DNA of 64,000 nt, from NCBI RefSeq assembly GCF_963921235.1, contig NC_086097.1:90956001-91020000 (forward strand), read 5' to 3'. The notes under the pieces were generated by a model. That model worked only from the letters and a program-made list of their open reading frames with translations, was not told the origin of the DNA and ran no database searches. The stretch's first letter is position 1. Every line of letters begins with the position of its first letter. Below, piece after piece: positions 46,601 to 61,600 of this stretch. A program made the translations under genes and the position numbers. This stretch comes from Mobula hypostoma. Lineage: Eukaryota.

Positions 46601-49600
46601 AGTATAATCATTCTCCTGGTGTTACACCACACTGTACAGTCATTCTCCTGGTGTTACACCACACAGTACAATCATTCTCCTGGTGTTACACCACACAGTA
46701 TAATCATTCTCCTGGTGTTACACCACACAGTATAATCATTCTCCTGGTGTTACACCACACTGTATAATCATTCTCCTGGTGTTACACCACACAGTACAAT
46801 CATTCTCCTGGTGTTACACAACACAGTAAAATCATTCTCCTGGTGTTACACCACACTGTACAGTCATTCTCCTGGTGTTACACCACACAGTAAAATCATT
46901 CTCCTGGTGTTACACCACACAGTACAGTCATTCTCCTGGTGTTACACCACACAGTAAAATCATTCTCCTGGTGTTACACCACACAGTATAATCATTCTCC
47001 TGGTGTTACACCACACTGTATAATCATTCTCCTGGTGTTACACCACACAGTATAGTCATTCTCCTGGTGTTACACCACACTGTACAGTCATTCTCCTGGT
47101 GTTACACCACACAGTATAATCATTCTCCTGGTGTTACACCACACAGTATAATCATTCTCCTGGTGTTACACCACACAGTATAATCATTCTCCTGGTGTTA
47201 CACCACACTGTATAATCATTCTCCTGGTGTTACACCACACAGTATAATCATTCTCCTGGTGTTACACCACACAGTATAATCATTCTCCTGGTGTTACACC
47301 ACACAGTACAGTCATTCTCCTGGTGTTACACCACACTGTATAATCATTCTCCTGGTGTTACACCACACTGTACAGTCATTCTCCTGGTGTTACACCACAC
47401 TGTATAATCATTCTCCTGGTGTTACACCACGCAGTACAGTCAGTACAGTCATTCTCCTGGTGTTACACCACACAGTACAATCATTCTCCTGGTGTTACAC
47501 CACACAGTATAATCATTCTCATGGTTCGTACACCACACAGTATAATCATTCTCCTGGTGTTACACCACACAGTATAATCATTCTCCTGGCGTTACACCAC
47601 ACTGTACAGTCATTCTCCTGGTGTTACACCACACAGTATAATCAATCTCCTGGTGTTACACCACACAGTTCTCCTGGTGTTACACCACACAGTATAATCA
47701 TTCTCCTGGTGTTACACCACACTGTACAGTCATTCTCCTGGTGTTACACCACACAGTATAATCATTCTCCTGGTGTTACACCACACAGTATAATCATTCT
47801 CCTGGTGTTACACCACACAGCATAGTCATTCTCCTGGTGTTACACCACACAGTCTAGTCATTCTCCTGGTGTTACACCACACTGTACAGTCATTCTCCTG
47901 GTGTTACACCACACTGTATAATCATTCTCCTGGTGTTACACCACACAGTACAGTCATTCTCCTGGTGTTACACTACACAGTACAATCATTCTCCTGGTGT
48001 TACACCACACAGTAAAATCATTCTCCTGGTGTTACACCACACAGTATAATCATTCTCCTGGTGTTACACCACACTGTACAGTCATTCTCCTGGTGTTACA
48101 CCACACAGTAAAATCATTCTCCTGGTGTTACACCACACTGTACAGTCATTCTCCTGGTGTTACACCACACAGTATAATCATTCTCCTGGTGTTACACCAC
48201 ACTGTACAGTCATTCTCCTGGTGTTACATCACACAGTACAATCATTCTCCTGGTGTTACACAACACAGTATAATCATTCTCCTGGTGTTACACCACACAG
48301 TAAAATCATTCTCCTGGTGTTACACCACACTGTACTGTCATTCTCCTGGTGTTACACCACACAGTAAAATCATTTTCCTGGTGTTACACCACACTGTACA
48401 GTCATTCTCCTGGTGTTACACCACACAGTATAATCATTCTCCTTGTGTTACACCACACAGTAAAATCATTCTCCTGGTGTTACACCACACTGTACAGTCA
48501 TTCTCCTGGTGTCACACCACACAGTATAATCATTCTCCTGGTGTTACACCACACTGTACAGTCATTCTCCTGGTGTTACACCACACAGTATAATCATTCT
48601 CCTGATGTTACACCATACTGTACAGTCATTCTCCTGGTGTTACACCACACAGTACAATCATTCTCCTGGTGTTACACAACACAGTAGAATCATTCTCCTG
48701 GTGTTACACCACACAGTATAATCATTCTCCTGGTGTTACACCACACTGTACAGTCATTCTCCTGGTGTTACACCACACAGTAAAATCATTCTCCTGGTGT
48801 TACACCACACTATACAGTCATTCTCCTGGTGTTACACCACACAGTATAATCATTCTCCTGGTGTTACACCACACTGTACAGTCATTCTCCTGGTGTTACA
48901 CCACACAGTACAATCATTCTCCTGGTGTTACACAACACAGTATAATCATTCTCCTGGTGTTACACCACACAGTAAAATCATTCTCCTGGTGTTACACCAC
49001 ACTGTACAGTCATTCTCCTGGTGGTACACCACACAGTAAAATCATTTTCCTTGTGTTACACCACACTGTACAGTCATTCTCCTGGTGTAACACCACACAG
49101 TATAATCATTCTCCTGGTGTTACACCACACAGTAAAATATTTCTCCTGGTGTTACACCACACTGTACAGTCATTCTCCTGGTGTCACACCACACAGTATA
49201 ATCATTCTCCTGGTGTTACACCACACTGTACAGTCATTCTCCTGGTGTTACACCACACAGTATAATCATTCTCCTGGTGTTACACCACACAGTATAATCA
49301 TTCTCCTGGTGTTACACCACACAGTATAATCATTCTCCTGGTGTTACACCACACTGTACAGTCATTCTCCTGGTGTTACACCACACAGTATAATCATTCT
49401 CCTGGTGTTACACCACACTGTGTAATCATTCTCCTGGTGTTACACCACACAGCATAGTCATTATCCTGGTGTTACACCACACAGTATAGTCATTCTCCTG
49501 GTGTTACACCACACTGTACAGTCATTCTCCTGGTGTTACACCACACTGTATAATCATTCTCCTGGTGTTACACCACGCAGTACAGTCATTCTCCTGGTGT

Positions 49601-52600
49601 TACACCACACAGTACAATCATTCTCCTGGTGTTACACCACACAGTATAATCATTCTCATGGTTCGTACACCACACAGTATAATCATTCTCCTGGTGTTAC
49701 ACCACACAGTATAATCATTCTCCTGGTGTTACACCACACTGTATAGTCATTCTCCTGGTGTTACACCACACAGTATAATCATTCACATGGTTCGTACACC
49801 ACACAGTATAATCATTCTCCTGGTGTTACACCACACAGTATAATCATTCTCCTGGTGTTACACCACACTGTATAGTCATTCTCCTGGTGTTACACCACAC
49901 AGTATAATCATTCTCCTGGTGTTACACCACACAGTTCTCCTGGTGTTACACCACACAGTATAATCATTCTCCTGGTGTTACACCACACTGTACAGTCATT
50001 CTCCTGGTGTTACACCACTCAGTATAATCATTCTCCTGGTGTTACACCACACAGTATAATCATTCTCCTGGTGTTACACCACACAGCATAGTCATTCTCC
50101 TGGTGTTACACCACACAGTATAGTCATTCTCCTGGTGTTACACCACACTGTACAGTCATTCTCCTGGTGTTACACCACACTGTATAATCATTCTGCTGGT
50201 GTTACACCACACAGTACAGTCATTCTCCTGGTGTTACACCACACAGTACAATCATTCTCCTGGTGTTACACCACACAGTATAATCATTCTCCTGGTGTTA
50301 CACCACACAGTATAATCATTCTCCTAGTGTTACACCACACAGTATAATCATTCTCCTAGTGTTACACCACACAGTATAGTCATTCTCCTGGTGTTACACC
50401 ACACTGTACAATCATTCTCCTGGTGTTACACCACACAGTATAATCATTCTCCTGGTGTTACACCACACAGTAAAATCATTCTCCTGGTGTTACACCACAC
50501 AGTATAATCATTCCCCTGGTGTTACACCACACTGTATAATCATTCTCCTGGTGTTACACCACACAGTATAATCATTCCCCTGGTGTTACACCACACAGTA
50601 TAGTCATTCTCCTGGTGTTACACCACACTGTATAATCATTCCCCTGGTGTTACACCACACAGTATAGTCATTCTCCTGGTGTTACACCACACAGTATAAT
50701 CATTCTCCTGGTGTTACACCACACTGTATAATCATTCCCCTGGTGTTACACCACACTGTATAATCATTCTCCTGGTGTTACACCACACTGTATAATCATT
50801 CTCCTGGTGTTACACCACACTGTATAATCATTCTTCTGGTGTTACACCACACAGTATAATCATTCTCCTGGTGTTACACCACACTGTATAATCATTCTCC
50901 TGGTGTTACACCACACTGTGTAATCATTCTCCTGGTGTTACACCACACACAGCATAGTCATTATCCTGGTGTTACACCACACAGTATAGTCATTCTCCTG
51001 GTGTTACACCACACTGTACAGTCATTCTCTTGGTGTTACACCACACTGTATAATCATTCTCCTGGTGTTACACCACGCAGTACAGTCATTCTCCTGGTGT
51101 TACACCACACAGTACAATCATTCTCCTGGTGTTACACCACACAGTATAATCATTCACATGGTTCGTACACCACACAGTATAATCATTCTCCTGGTGTTAC
51201 ACCACACAGTATAATCATTCTCCTGGTGTTACACCACACTGTATAGTCATTCTCCTGGTGTTACACCACACAGTATAATCATTCACATGGTTCGTACACC
51301 ACACAGTATAATCATTCTCCTGGTGTTACACCACACAGTATAATCATTCTCCTGGTGTTACACCACACTGTATAGTCATTCTCCTGGTGTTACACCACAC
51401 AGTATAATCAATCTCCTGGTGTTACACCACACAGTTCTCCTGGTGTTACACCACACAGTATAATCATTCTCCTGGTGTTACACCACACTGTACAGTCATT
51501 CTCCTGGTGTTACACCACTCAGTATAATCATTCTCCTGGTGTTACACCACACAGTATAATCATTCTCCTGGTGTTACACCACACAGCATAGTCATTCTCC
51601 TGGTGTTACACCACACAGTATAGTCATTCTCCTGGTGTTACACCACACTGTACAGTCATTCTCCTGGTGTTACACCACACTGTATAATCATTCTGCTGGT
51701 GTTACACCACACAGTACAGTCATTCTCCTGGTGTTACACCACACAGTACAATCATTCTCCTGGTGTTACACCACACAGTATAATCATTCTCCTGGTGTTA
51801 CACCACACAGTATAATCATTCTCCTAGTGTTACACCACACAGTATAATCATTCTCCTAGTGTTACACCACACAGTATAGTCATTCTCCTGGTGTTACACC
51901 ACACAGTACAATCATTCTCCTGGTGTTACACCACACAGTATAATCATTCTCCTGGTGTTACACCACACAGTAAAATCATTCTCCTGGTGTTACACCACAC
52001 AGTATAATCATTCCCCTGGTGTTACACCACACTGTATAATCATTCTCCTGGTGTTACACCACACAGTATAATCATTCCCCTGGTGTTACACCACACAGTA
52101 TAGTCATTCTCCTGGTGTTACACCACACTGTATAATCATTCCCCTGGTGTTACACCACACAGTATAGTCATTCTCCTGGTGTTACACCACACAGTATAAT
52201 CATTCTCCTGGTGTTACACCACACTGTATAATCATTCCCCTGGTGTTACACCACACTGTATAATCATTCTCCTGGTGTTACACCACACTGTATAATCATT
52301 CTCCTGGTGTTACACCACACTGTATAATCATTCTTCTGGTGTTACACCACACAGTATAATCATTCTCCTGGTGTTACACCACACTGTATAATCATTCTCC
52401 TGGTGTTACACCACACTGTGTAATCATTCTCCTGGTGTTACACCACACAGCATAGTCATTATCCTGGTGTTACACCACACAGTATAGTCATTCTCCTGGT
52501 GTTACACCACACTGTACAGTCATTCTCTTGGTGTTACACCACACTGTATAATCATTCTCCTGGTGTTACACCACGCAGTACAGTCATTCTCCTGGTGTTA

Positions 52601-55600
52601 CACCACACAGTACAATCATTCTCCTGGTGTTACACCACACAGTATAATCATTCACATGGTTCGTACACCACACAGTATAATCATTCTCCTGGTGTTACAC
52701 CACACAGTATAATCATTCTCCTGGTGTTACACCACACTGTATAGTCATTCTCCTGGTGTTACACCACACAGTATAATCAATCTCCTGGTGTTACACCACA
52801 CAGTTCTCCTGGTGTTACACCACACAGTATAATCATTCTCCTGGTGTTACACCACACTGTACAGTCATTCTCCTGGTGTTACACCACTCAGTATAATCAT
52901 TCTCCTGGTGTTACACCACACAGTATAATCATTCTCCTGGTGTTACACCACACAGCATAGTCATTCTCCTGGTGTTACACCACACAGTATAGTCATTCTC
53001 CTGGTGTTACACCACACTGTACAGTCATTCTCCTGGTGTTACACCACACTGTATAATCATTCTCCTGGTGTTACACCACACAGTACAGTCATTCTCCTGG
53101 TGTTACACCACACTGTACAATCATTCTCCTGGTGTTACACCACACAGTATAATCATTCTCCTGGTGTTACACCACACAGTATAATCATTCTCCTAGTGTT
53201 ACACCACACAGTATAATCATTCTCCTAGTGTTACACCACACAGTATAGTCATTCTCCTGGTGTTACACCACACTGTACAATCATTCTCCTGGTGTTACAC
53301 CACACAGTAAAATCATTCTCCTGGTGTTACACCACACAGTATAATCATTCCCCTGGTGTTACACCACACTGTATAATCATTCTCCTGGTGTTACACCACA
53401 CAGTATAATCATTCCCCTGGTGTTACACCACACAGTATAGTCATTCTCCTGGTGTTACACCACACTGTATAATCATTCCCCTGGTGTTACACCACACAGT
53501 ATAGTCATTCTCCTGGTGTTAAACCACACAGTATAATCATTCTCCTGGTGTTACACCACACTGTATAATCATTCCCCTGGTGTTACACCACACTGTATAA
53601 TCATTCTCCTGGTGTTACACCACACTGTATAATCATTCTCCTGGTGTTACACCACACTGTATAATCATTCTTCTGGTGTTACACCACACAGTATAATCAT
53701 TCTCCTGGTGTTACACCACACTGTATAATCATTCTCCTGGTGTTACACCACACTGTATAATCATTCTCCTGGTGTTACACCACACAGTATAATCATTCTC
53801 CTGGTGTTACACCACACAGTATAATCATTCTCCTAGTGTTACACCACACAGTATAGTCATTCTCCTGGTGTTACACCACACTGTATAATCATTCTCCTGG
53901 TGTTACACCACACAGTACAATCATTCTCCTGGTGTTACACCACTAGTCATTCTCCTGGTGTTAAACCACACAGTATAATCATTCTCCTGGTGTTACACCA
54001 CACTGTATAATCATTCCCCTGGTGTTACACACCACACAGTATAATCATTCTCCTGGTGTTCCTGGTGTTACACCACACTGTATAATCATTCTCCTGGTGT
54101 TACACCACACTGTATAATCATTCTCCTGGTGTTACACCACACAGTATAGTCATTCTCCTGGTGTTACACCACACAGTATAATCATTCCCCTGGTGTTACA
54201 CCACACTGTATAATCATTCCCCTGGTGTTACACCACACAGTACAATCATTCTCCTGGTGTTACACCACACTGTATAATCGTTCTCCTGGTGTTACACTAC
54301 ACTGTACAGTCATTCCCCTGGTGTCACACCACACAGTATAATCATTCTCTGGTGTTACACCACACAGTATAATCATTCTCCTGGTGTCACACCACACAGT
54401 ATAATCGTTCTCCATGTGTTACACTACACTGTACAGTCATTCCCCTGGTGTCACACCACACAGTATAATCATTCTCCTGGTGTTACACCACACAGTATAA
54501 TCATTCTCCTGGTGTTACACCACACTGTACAGTCATTCTCCTGGTGTTACACCACACAGTATAATCATTCTCCTGGTGTTACACCACACTGTGTAATCAT
54601 TCTCCTGGTGTTACACCACACAGCATAGTCATTATCCTGGTGTTACACCACACAGTATAGTCATTCTCCTGGTGTTACACCACACTGTACAGTCATTCTC
54701 CTGGTGTTACACCACACTGTATAATCATTCTCCTGGTGTTACACCACACAGTACAGTCATTCTCCTGGTGTTACACCACACAGTACAATCATTCTCCTGG
54801 TGTTACACCACACAGTATAATCATTCTCATGGTTCGTACACCACACAGTATAATCATTCTCCTGGTGTTACACCACACAGTATAATCATTCTCCTGGTGT
54901 TACACCACACTGTATAGTCATTCTCCTGGTGTTACACCACACAGTATAATCAATCTCATGGTGTTACACCACACAGTTCTCTTGGTGTTACACCACACAG
55001 TATAATCATTCTCCTGGTGTTACACCACACTGTACAGTCATTCTCCTGGTGTTACACCACTCAGTATAATCATTCTCCTGGTGTTACACCACACAGTATA
55101 ATCATTCTCCTGGTGTTACACCACACAGCATAGTCATTCTCCTGGTGTTACACCACACAGTATAGTCATTCTCCTGGTGTTACACCACACTGTACAGTCA
55201 TTCTCCTGGTGTTACACCACACTGTATAATCATTCTCCTGGTGTTACACCACACAGTACAGTCATTCTCCTGGTGTTACACCACACAGTACAATCATTCT
55301 CCTGGTGTTACACCACACAGTATAATCATTCTCCTGGTTCGTACACCACACAGTATAATCATTCTCCTGGTGTTACACCACACAGTATAATCATTCTCCT
55401 AGTGTTACACCACACAGTATAATCATTCTCCTAGTGTTACACCACACAGTATAGTCATTCTCCTGGTGTTACACCACACTGTACAATCATTCTCCTGGTG
55501 TTACACCACACAGTATAATCATTCTCCTGGTGTTACACCACACAGTAAAATCATTCTCCTGGTGTTACACCACACAGTATAATCATTCTCCTGGTGTTAC

Positions 55601-58600
55601 ACCACACTGTATAATCATTCTCCTGGTGTTACACCACACAGTATAATCATTCCCCTGGTGTTACACCACACAGTATAGTCATTCTCCTGGTGTTACACCA
55701 CACTGTATAATCATTCCCCTGGTGTTACACCACACAGTATAGTCATTCTCCTGGTGTTACACCACACAGTATAATCATTCTCCTGGTGTTACACCACACT
55801 GTATAATCATTCCCCTGGTGTTACACCACACTGTATAATCATTCTCCTGGTGTTACACCACACTGTATAATCATTCTCCTGGTGTTACACCACACTGTAT
55901 AATCATTCTCCTGGTGTTACACCACACAGTATAATCATTCTCCTGGTGTTACACCACACTGTATAATCATTCTCCTGGTGTTACACCACACTGTATAATC
56001 ATTCTCCTGGTGTTACACCACACAGTATAGTCATTCTCCTGGTGTTACACCACACAGTATAATCATTCCCCTGGTGTTACACCACACTGTATAATCATTC
56101 CCCTGGTGTTACACCACACAGTATAATCATTCTCCTGGTGTTACACCACACAGTATAATCATTCTCCTGGTGTTACACCACACAGTACAATCATTCTCCT
56201 GGTGTCACACCACACAGTATAATCGTTCTCCTGGTGTTACACTACACTGTACAGTCATTCCCCTGGTGTTCACACCACACAGTATAATCATTCTCCTGGT
56301 GTTACACCACACAGTATAATCATTCTCCTGGTGTCACACCACACAGTATAATCGTTCTCCAGGTGTTACACTACACTGTACAGTCATTCCCCTGGTGTCA
56401 CACCACACAGTATAATCATTCTCCTGGTGTTACACCACACTGTGTAATCATTCTCCTGGTGTTACACCACACAGCATAGTCATTATCCTGGTGTTACACC
56501 ACACAGTATAGTCATTCTCCTGGTGTTACACCACACTGTACAGTCATTCTCTTGGTGTTACACCACACAGTATAATCATTCTCCTGGTGTCACACCACAC
56601 AGTATAATCGTTCTCCAGGTGTTACACTACACTGTACAGTCATTCTCCTGGTGTTACACCACACAGTATAATCATTCTCCTGGTGTTACACCACACTGTG
56701 TAATCATTCTCCTGGTGTTACACCACACAGCATAGTCATTATCCTGGTGTTACACCACACAGTATAGTCATTCTCCTGGTGTTACACCACACTGTACAGT
56801 CATTCTCTTGGTGTTACACCACACTGTATAATCATTCTCCTGGTGTTACACCACGCAGTACAGTCATTCTCCTGGTGTTACACCACACAGTACAATCATT
56901 CTCCTGGTGTTACACCACACAGTATAATCATTCACATGGTTCGTACACCACACAGTATAATCATTCTCCTGGTGTTACACCACACAGTATAATCATTCTC
57001 CTGGTGTTACACCACACTGTATAGTCATTCTCCTGGTGTTACACCACACAGTATAATCAATCTCCTGGCGTTACACCACACAGTTCTCCTGGTGTTACAC
57101 CACACAGTATAATCATTCTCCTGCTGTTACACCACACTGTACAGTCATTCTCCTGGTGTTACACCACTCAGTATAATCATTCTCCTGGTGTTACACCACA
57201 CAGTATAATCATTCCCCTGGTGTTACACCACACAGCATAGTCATTCTCCTGGTGTTACACCACACAGTATAGTCATTCTCCTGGTGTTACACCACACTGT
57301 ACAGTCATTCTCCTGGTGTTACACCACACTGTATAATCATTCTCCTGGTGTTACACCACACAGTACAGTCATTCTCCTGGTGTTACACCACACAGTACAA
57401 TCATTCTCCTGGTGTTACACCACACAGTATAATCATTCTCCTGGTGTTACACCACACAGTATAATCATTCTCCTAGTGTTACACCACACAGTATAATCAT
57501 TCTCCTAGTGTTACACCACACAGTATAGTCATTCTCCTGGTGTTACACCACACTGTACAATCATTCTCCTGGTGTTACACCACACAGTATAATCATTCTC
57601 CTGGTGTTACACCACACAGTAAAATCATTCTCCTGGTGTTACACCACACAGTATAATCATTCCCCTGGTGTTACACCACACTGTATAATCATTCTCCTGG
57701 TGTTACACCACACAGTATAATCATTCCCCTGGTGTTACACCACACAGTATAGTCATTCTCCTGGTGTTACACCACACTGTATAATCATTCCCCTGGTGTT
57801 ACACCACACAGTATAGTCATTCTCCTGGTGTTACACCACACAGTATAATCATTCTCCTGGTGTTACACCACACTGTATAATCATTCCCCTGGTGTTACAC
57901 CACACTGTATAATCATTCTCCTGGTGTTACACCACACTGTATAATCATTCTCCTGGTGTTACACCACACTGTATAATCATTCTTCTGGTGTTACACCACA
58001 CAGTATAATCATTCTCCTGGTGTTACACCACACTGTATAATCATTCTCCTGGTGTTACACCACACTGTGTAATCATTCTCCTGGTGTTACACCACACAGC
58101 ATAGTCATTATCCTGGTGTTACACCACACAGTATAGTCATTCTCCTGGTGTTACACCACACTGTACAGTCATTCTCTTGGTGTTACACCACACTGCATAA
58201 TCATTCTCCTGGTGTTACACCACGCAGTACAGTCATTCTCCTGGTGTTACACCACACAGTACAATCATTCTCCTGGTGTTACACCACACAGTATAATCAT
58301 TCACATGGTTCGTACACCACACAGTATAATCATTCTCCTGGTGTTACACCACACAGTATAATCATTCTCCTGGTGTTACACCACACTGTATAGTCATTCT
58401 CCTGGTGTTACACCACACAGTATAATCAATCTCCTGGTGTTACACCACACAGTTCTCCTGGTGTTACACCACACAGTATAATCATTCTCCTGGTGTTACA
58501 CCACACTGTACAGTCATTCTCCTGGTGTTACACCACTCAGTATAATCATTCTCCTGGTGTTACACCACACAGTATAATCATTCTCCTGGTGTTACACCAC

Positions 58601-61600
58601 ACAGCATAGTCATTCTCCTGGTGTTACACCACACAGTATAGTCATTCTCCTGGTGTTACACCACACTGTACAGTCATTCTCCTGGTGTTACACCACACTG
58701 TATAATCATTCTCCTGGTGTTACACCACACAGTACAGTCATTCTCCTGGTGTTACACCACACAGTACAATCATTCTCCTGGTGTTACACCACACAGTATA
58801 ATCATTCTCCTGGTGTTACACCACACAGTATAATCATTCTCCTAGTGTTACACCACACAGTATAATCATTCTCCTAGTGTTACACCACACAGTATAGTCA
58901 TTCTCCTGGTGTTACACCACACTGTACAATCATTCTCCTGGTGTTACACCACACAGTATAATCATTCTCCTGGTGTTACACCACACAGTAAAATCATTCT
59001 CCTGGTGTTACACCACACAGTATAATCATTCCCCTGGTGTTACACCACACTGTATAATCATTCTCCTGGTGTTACACCACACAGTATAATCATTCCCCTG
59101 GTGTTACACCACACAGTATAGTCATTCTCCTGGTGTTACACCACACTGTATAATCATTCCCCTGGTGTTACACCACACAGTATAGTCATTCTCCTGGTGT
59201 TACACCACACAGTATAATCATTCTCCTGGTGTTACACCACACTGTATAATCATTCCCCTGGTGTTACACCACACTGTATAATCATTCTCCTGGTGTTACA
59301 CCACACTGTATAATCATTCTCCTGGTGTTACACCACACTGTATAATCATTCTTCTGGTGTTACACCACACAGTATAATCATTCTCCTGGTGTTACACCAC
59401 ACTGTATAATCATTCTCCTGGTGTTACACCACACTGTATAATCATTCTCCTGGTGTTACACCACACAGTATAGTCATTCTCCTGGTGTTACACCACACAG
59501 TATAATCATTCCCCTGGTGTTACACCACACTGTATAATCATTCCCCTGGTGTTACACCACACAGTACAATCATTCTCCTGGTGTCACACCACACAGTATA
59601 ATCGTTCTCCTGGTGTTACACTACACTGTACAGTCATTCCCCTGGTGTCACACCACACAGTATAATCATTCTCTGGTGTTACACCACACAGTATAATCAT
59701 TCTCCTGGTGTCACACCACACAGTATAATCGTTCTCCATGTGTTACACTACACTGTACAGTCATGCCCCTGGTGTCACACCACACAGTATAATCATTCTC
59801 CTGGTGTTACACCACACAGTATAATCATTCTCCTGGTGTTACACCACACTGTACAGTCATTCTCCTGGTGTTACACCACACAGTATAATCATTCTCCTGG
59901 TGTTACACCACACTGTGTAATCATTCTCCTGGTGTTACACCACACAGCATAGTCATTATCCTGGTGTTACACCACACAGTATAGTCATTCTCCTGGTGTT
60001 ACACCACACTGTACAGTCATTCTCCTGGTGTTACACCACACTGTATAATCATTCTCCTGGTGTTACACCACGCAGTACAGTCATTCTCCTGGTGTTACAC
60101 CACACAGTACAATCATTCTCCTGGTGTTACACCACACAGTATAATCATTCTCATGGTTCGTACACCACACAGTATAATCATTCTCCTGGTGTTACACCAC
60201 ACAGTATAATCATTCTCCTGGTGTTACACCACACTGTATAGTCATTCTCCTGGTGTTACACCACACAGTATAATCAATCTCCTGGTGTTACACCACACAG
60301 TTCTCTTGGTGTTACACCACACAGTATAATCATTCTCCTGGTGTTACACCACACTGTACAGTCATTCTCCTGGTGTTACACCACTCAGTATAATCATTCT
60401 CCTGGTGTTACACCACACAGTATAATCATTCTCCTGGTGTTACACCACACAGCATAGTCATTCTCCTGGTGTTACACCACACAGTATAGTCATTCTCCTG
60501 GTGTTACACCACACTGTACAGTCATTCTCCTGGTGTTACACCACACTGTATAATCATTCTCCTGGTGTTACACCACACAGTACAGTCATTCTCCTGGTGT
60601 TACACCACACAGTACAATCATTCTCCTGGTGTTACACCACACAGTATAATCATTCTCCTGGTTCGTACACCACACAGTATAATCATTCTCCTGGTGTTAC
60701 ACCACACAGTATAATCATTCTCCTAGTGTTACACCACACAGTATAATCATTCTCCTAGTGTTACACCACACAGTATAGTCATTCTCCTGGTGTTACACCA
60801 CACTGTACAATCATTCTCCTGGTGTTACACCACACAGTATAATCATTCTCCTGGTGTTACACCACACAGTAAAATCATTCTCCTGGTGTTACACCACACA
60901 GTATAATCATTCCCCTGGTGTTACACCACACTGTATAATCATTCTCCTGGTGTTACACCACACAGTATAATCATTCCCCTGGTGTTACACCACACAGTAT
61001 AGTCATTCTCCTGGTGTTACACCACACTGTATAATCATTCCCCTGGTGTTACACCACACAGTATAATCATTCTCCTGGTGTTACACCACACTGTATAATC
61101 ATTCCCCTGGTGTTACACCACACTGTATAATCATTCTCCTGGTGTTACACCACACTGTATAATCATTCTCCTGGTGTTACACCACACTGTATAATCATTC
61201 TCCTGGTGTTACACCACACAGTATAATCATTCTCCTGGTGTTACACCACACTGTATAATCATTCTCCTGGTGTTACACCACACTGTATAATCATTCTCCT
61301 GGTGTTACACCACACAGTATAGTCATTCTCCTGGTGTTACACCACACAGTATAATCATTCCCCTGGTGTTACACCACACTGTATAATCATTCCCCTGGTG
61401 TTACACCACACAGTATAATCATTCTCCTGGTGTTACACCACACAGTATAATCATTCTCCTGGTGTTACACCACACAGTACAATCATTCTCCTGGTGTCAC
61501 ACCACACAGTATAATCGTTCTCCTTTTGTTACACTACACTGTACAGTCATTCCCCTGGTGTCACACCACACAGTATAATCATTCTCTGGTGTTACACCAC

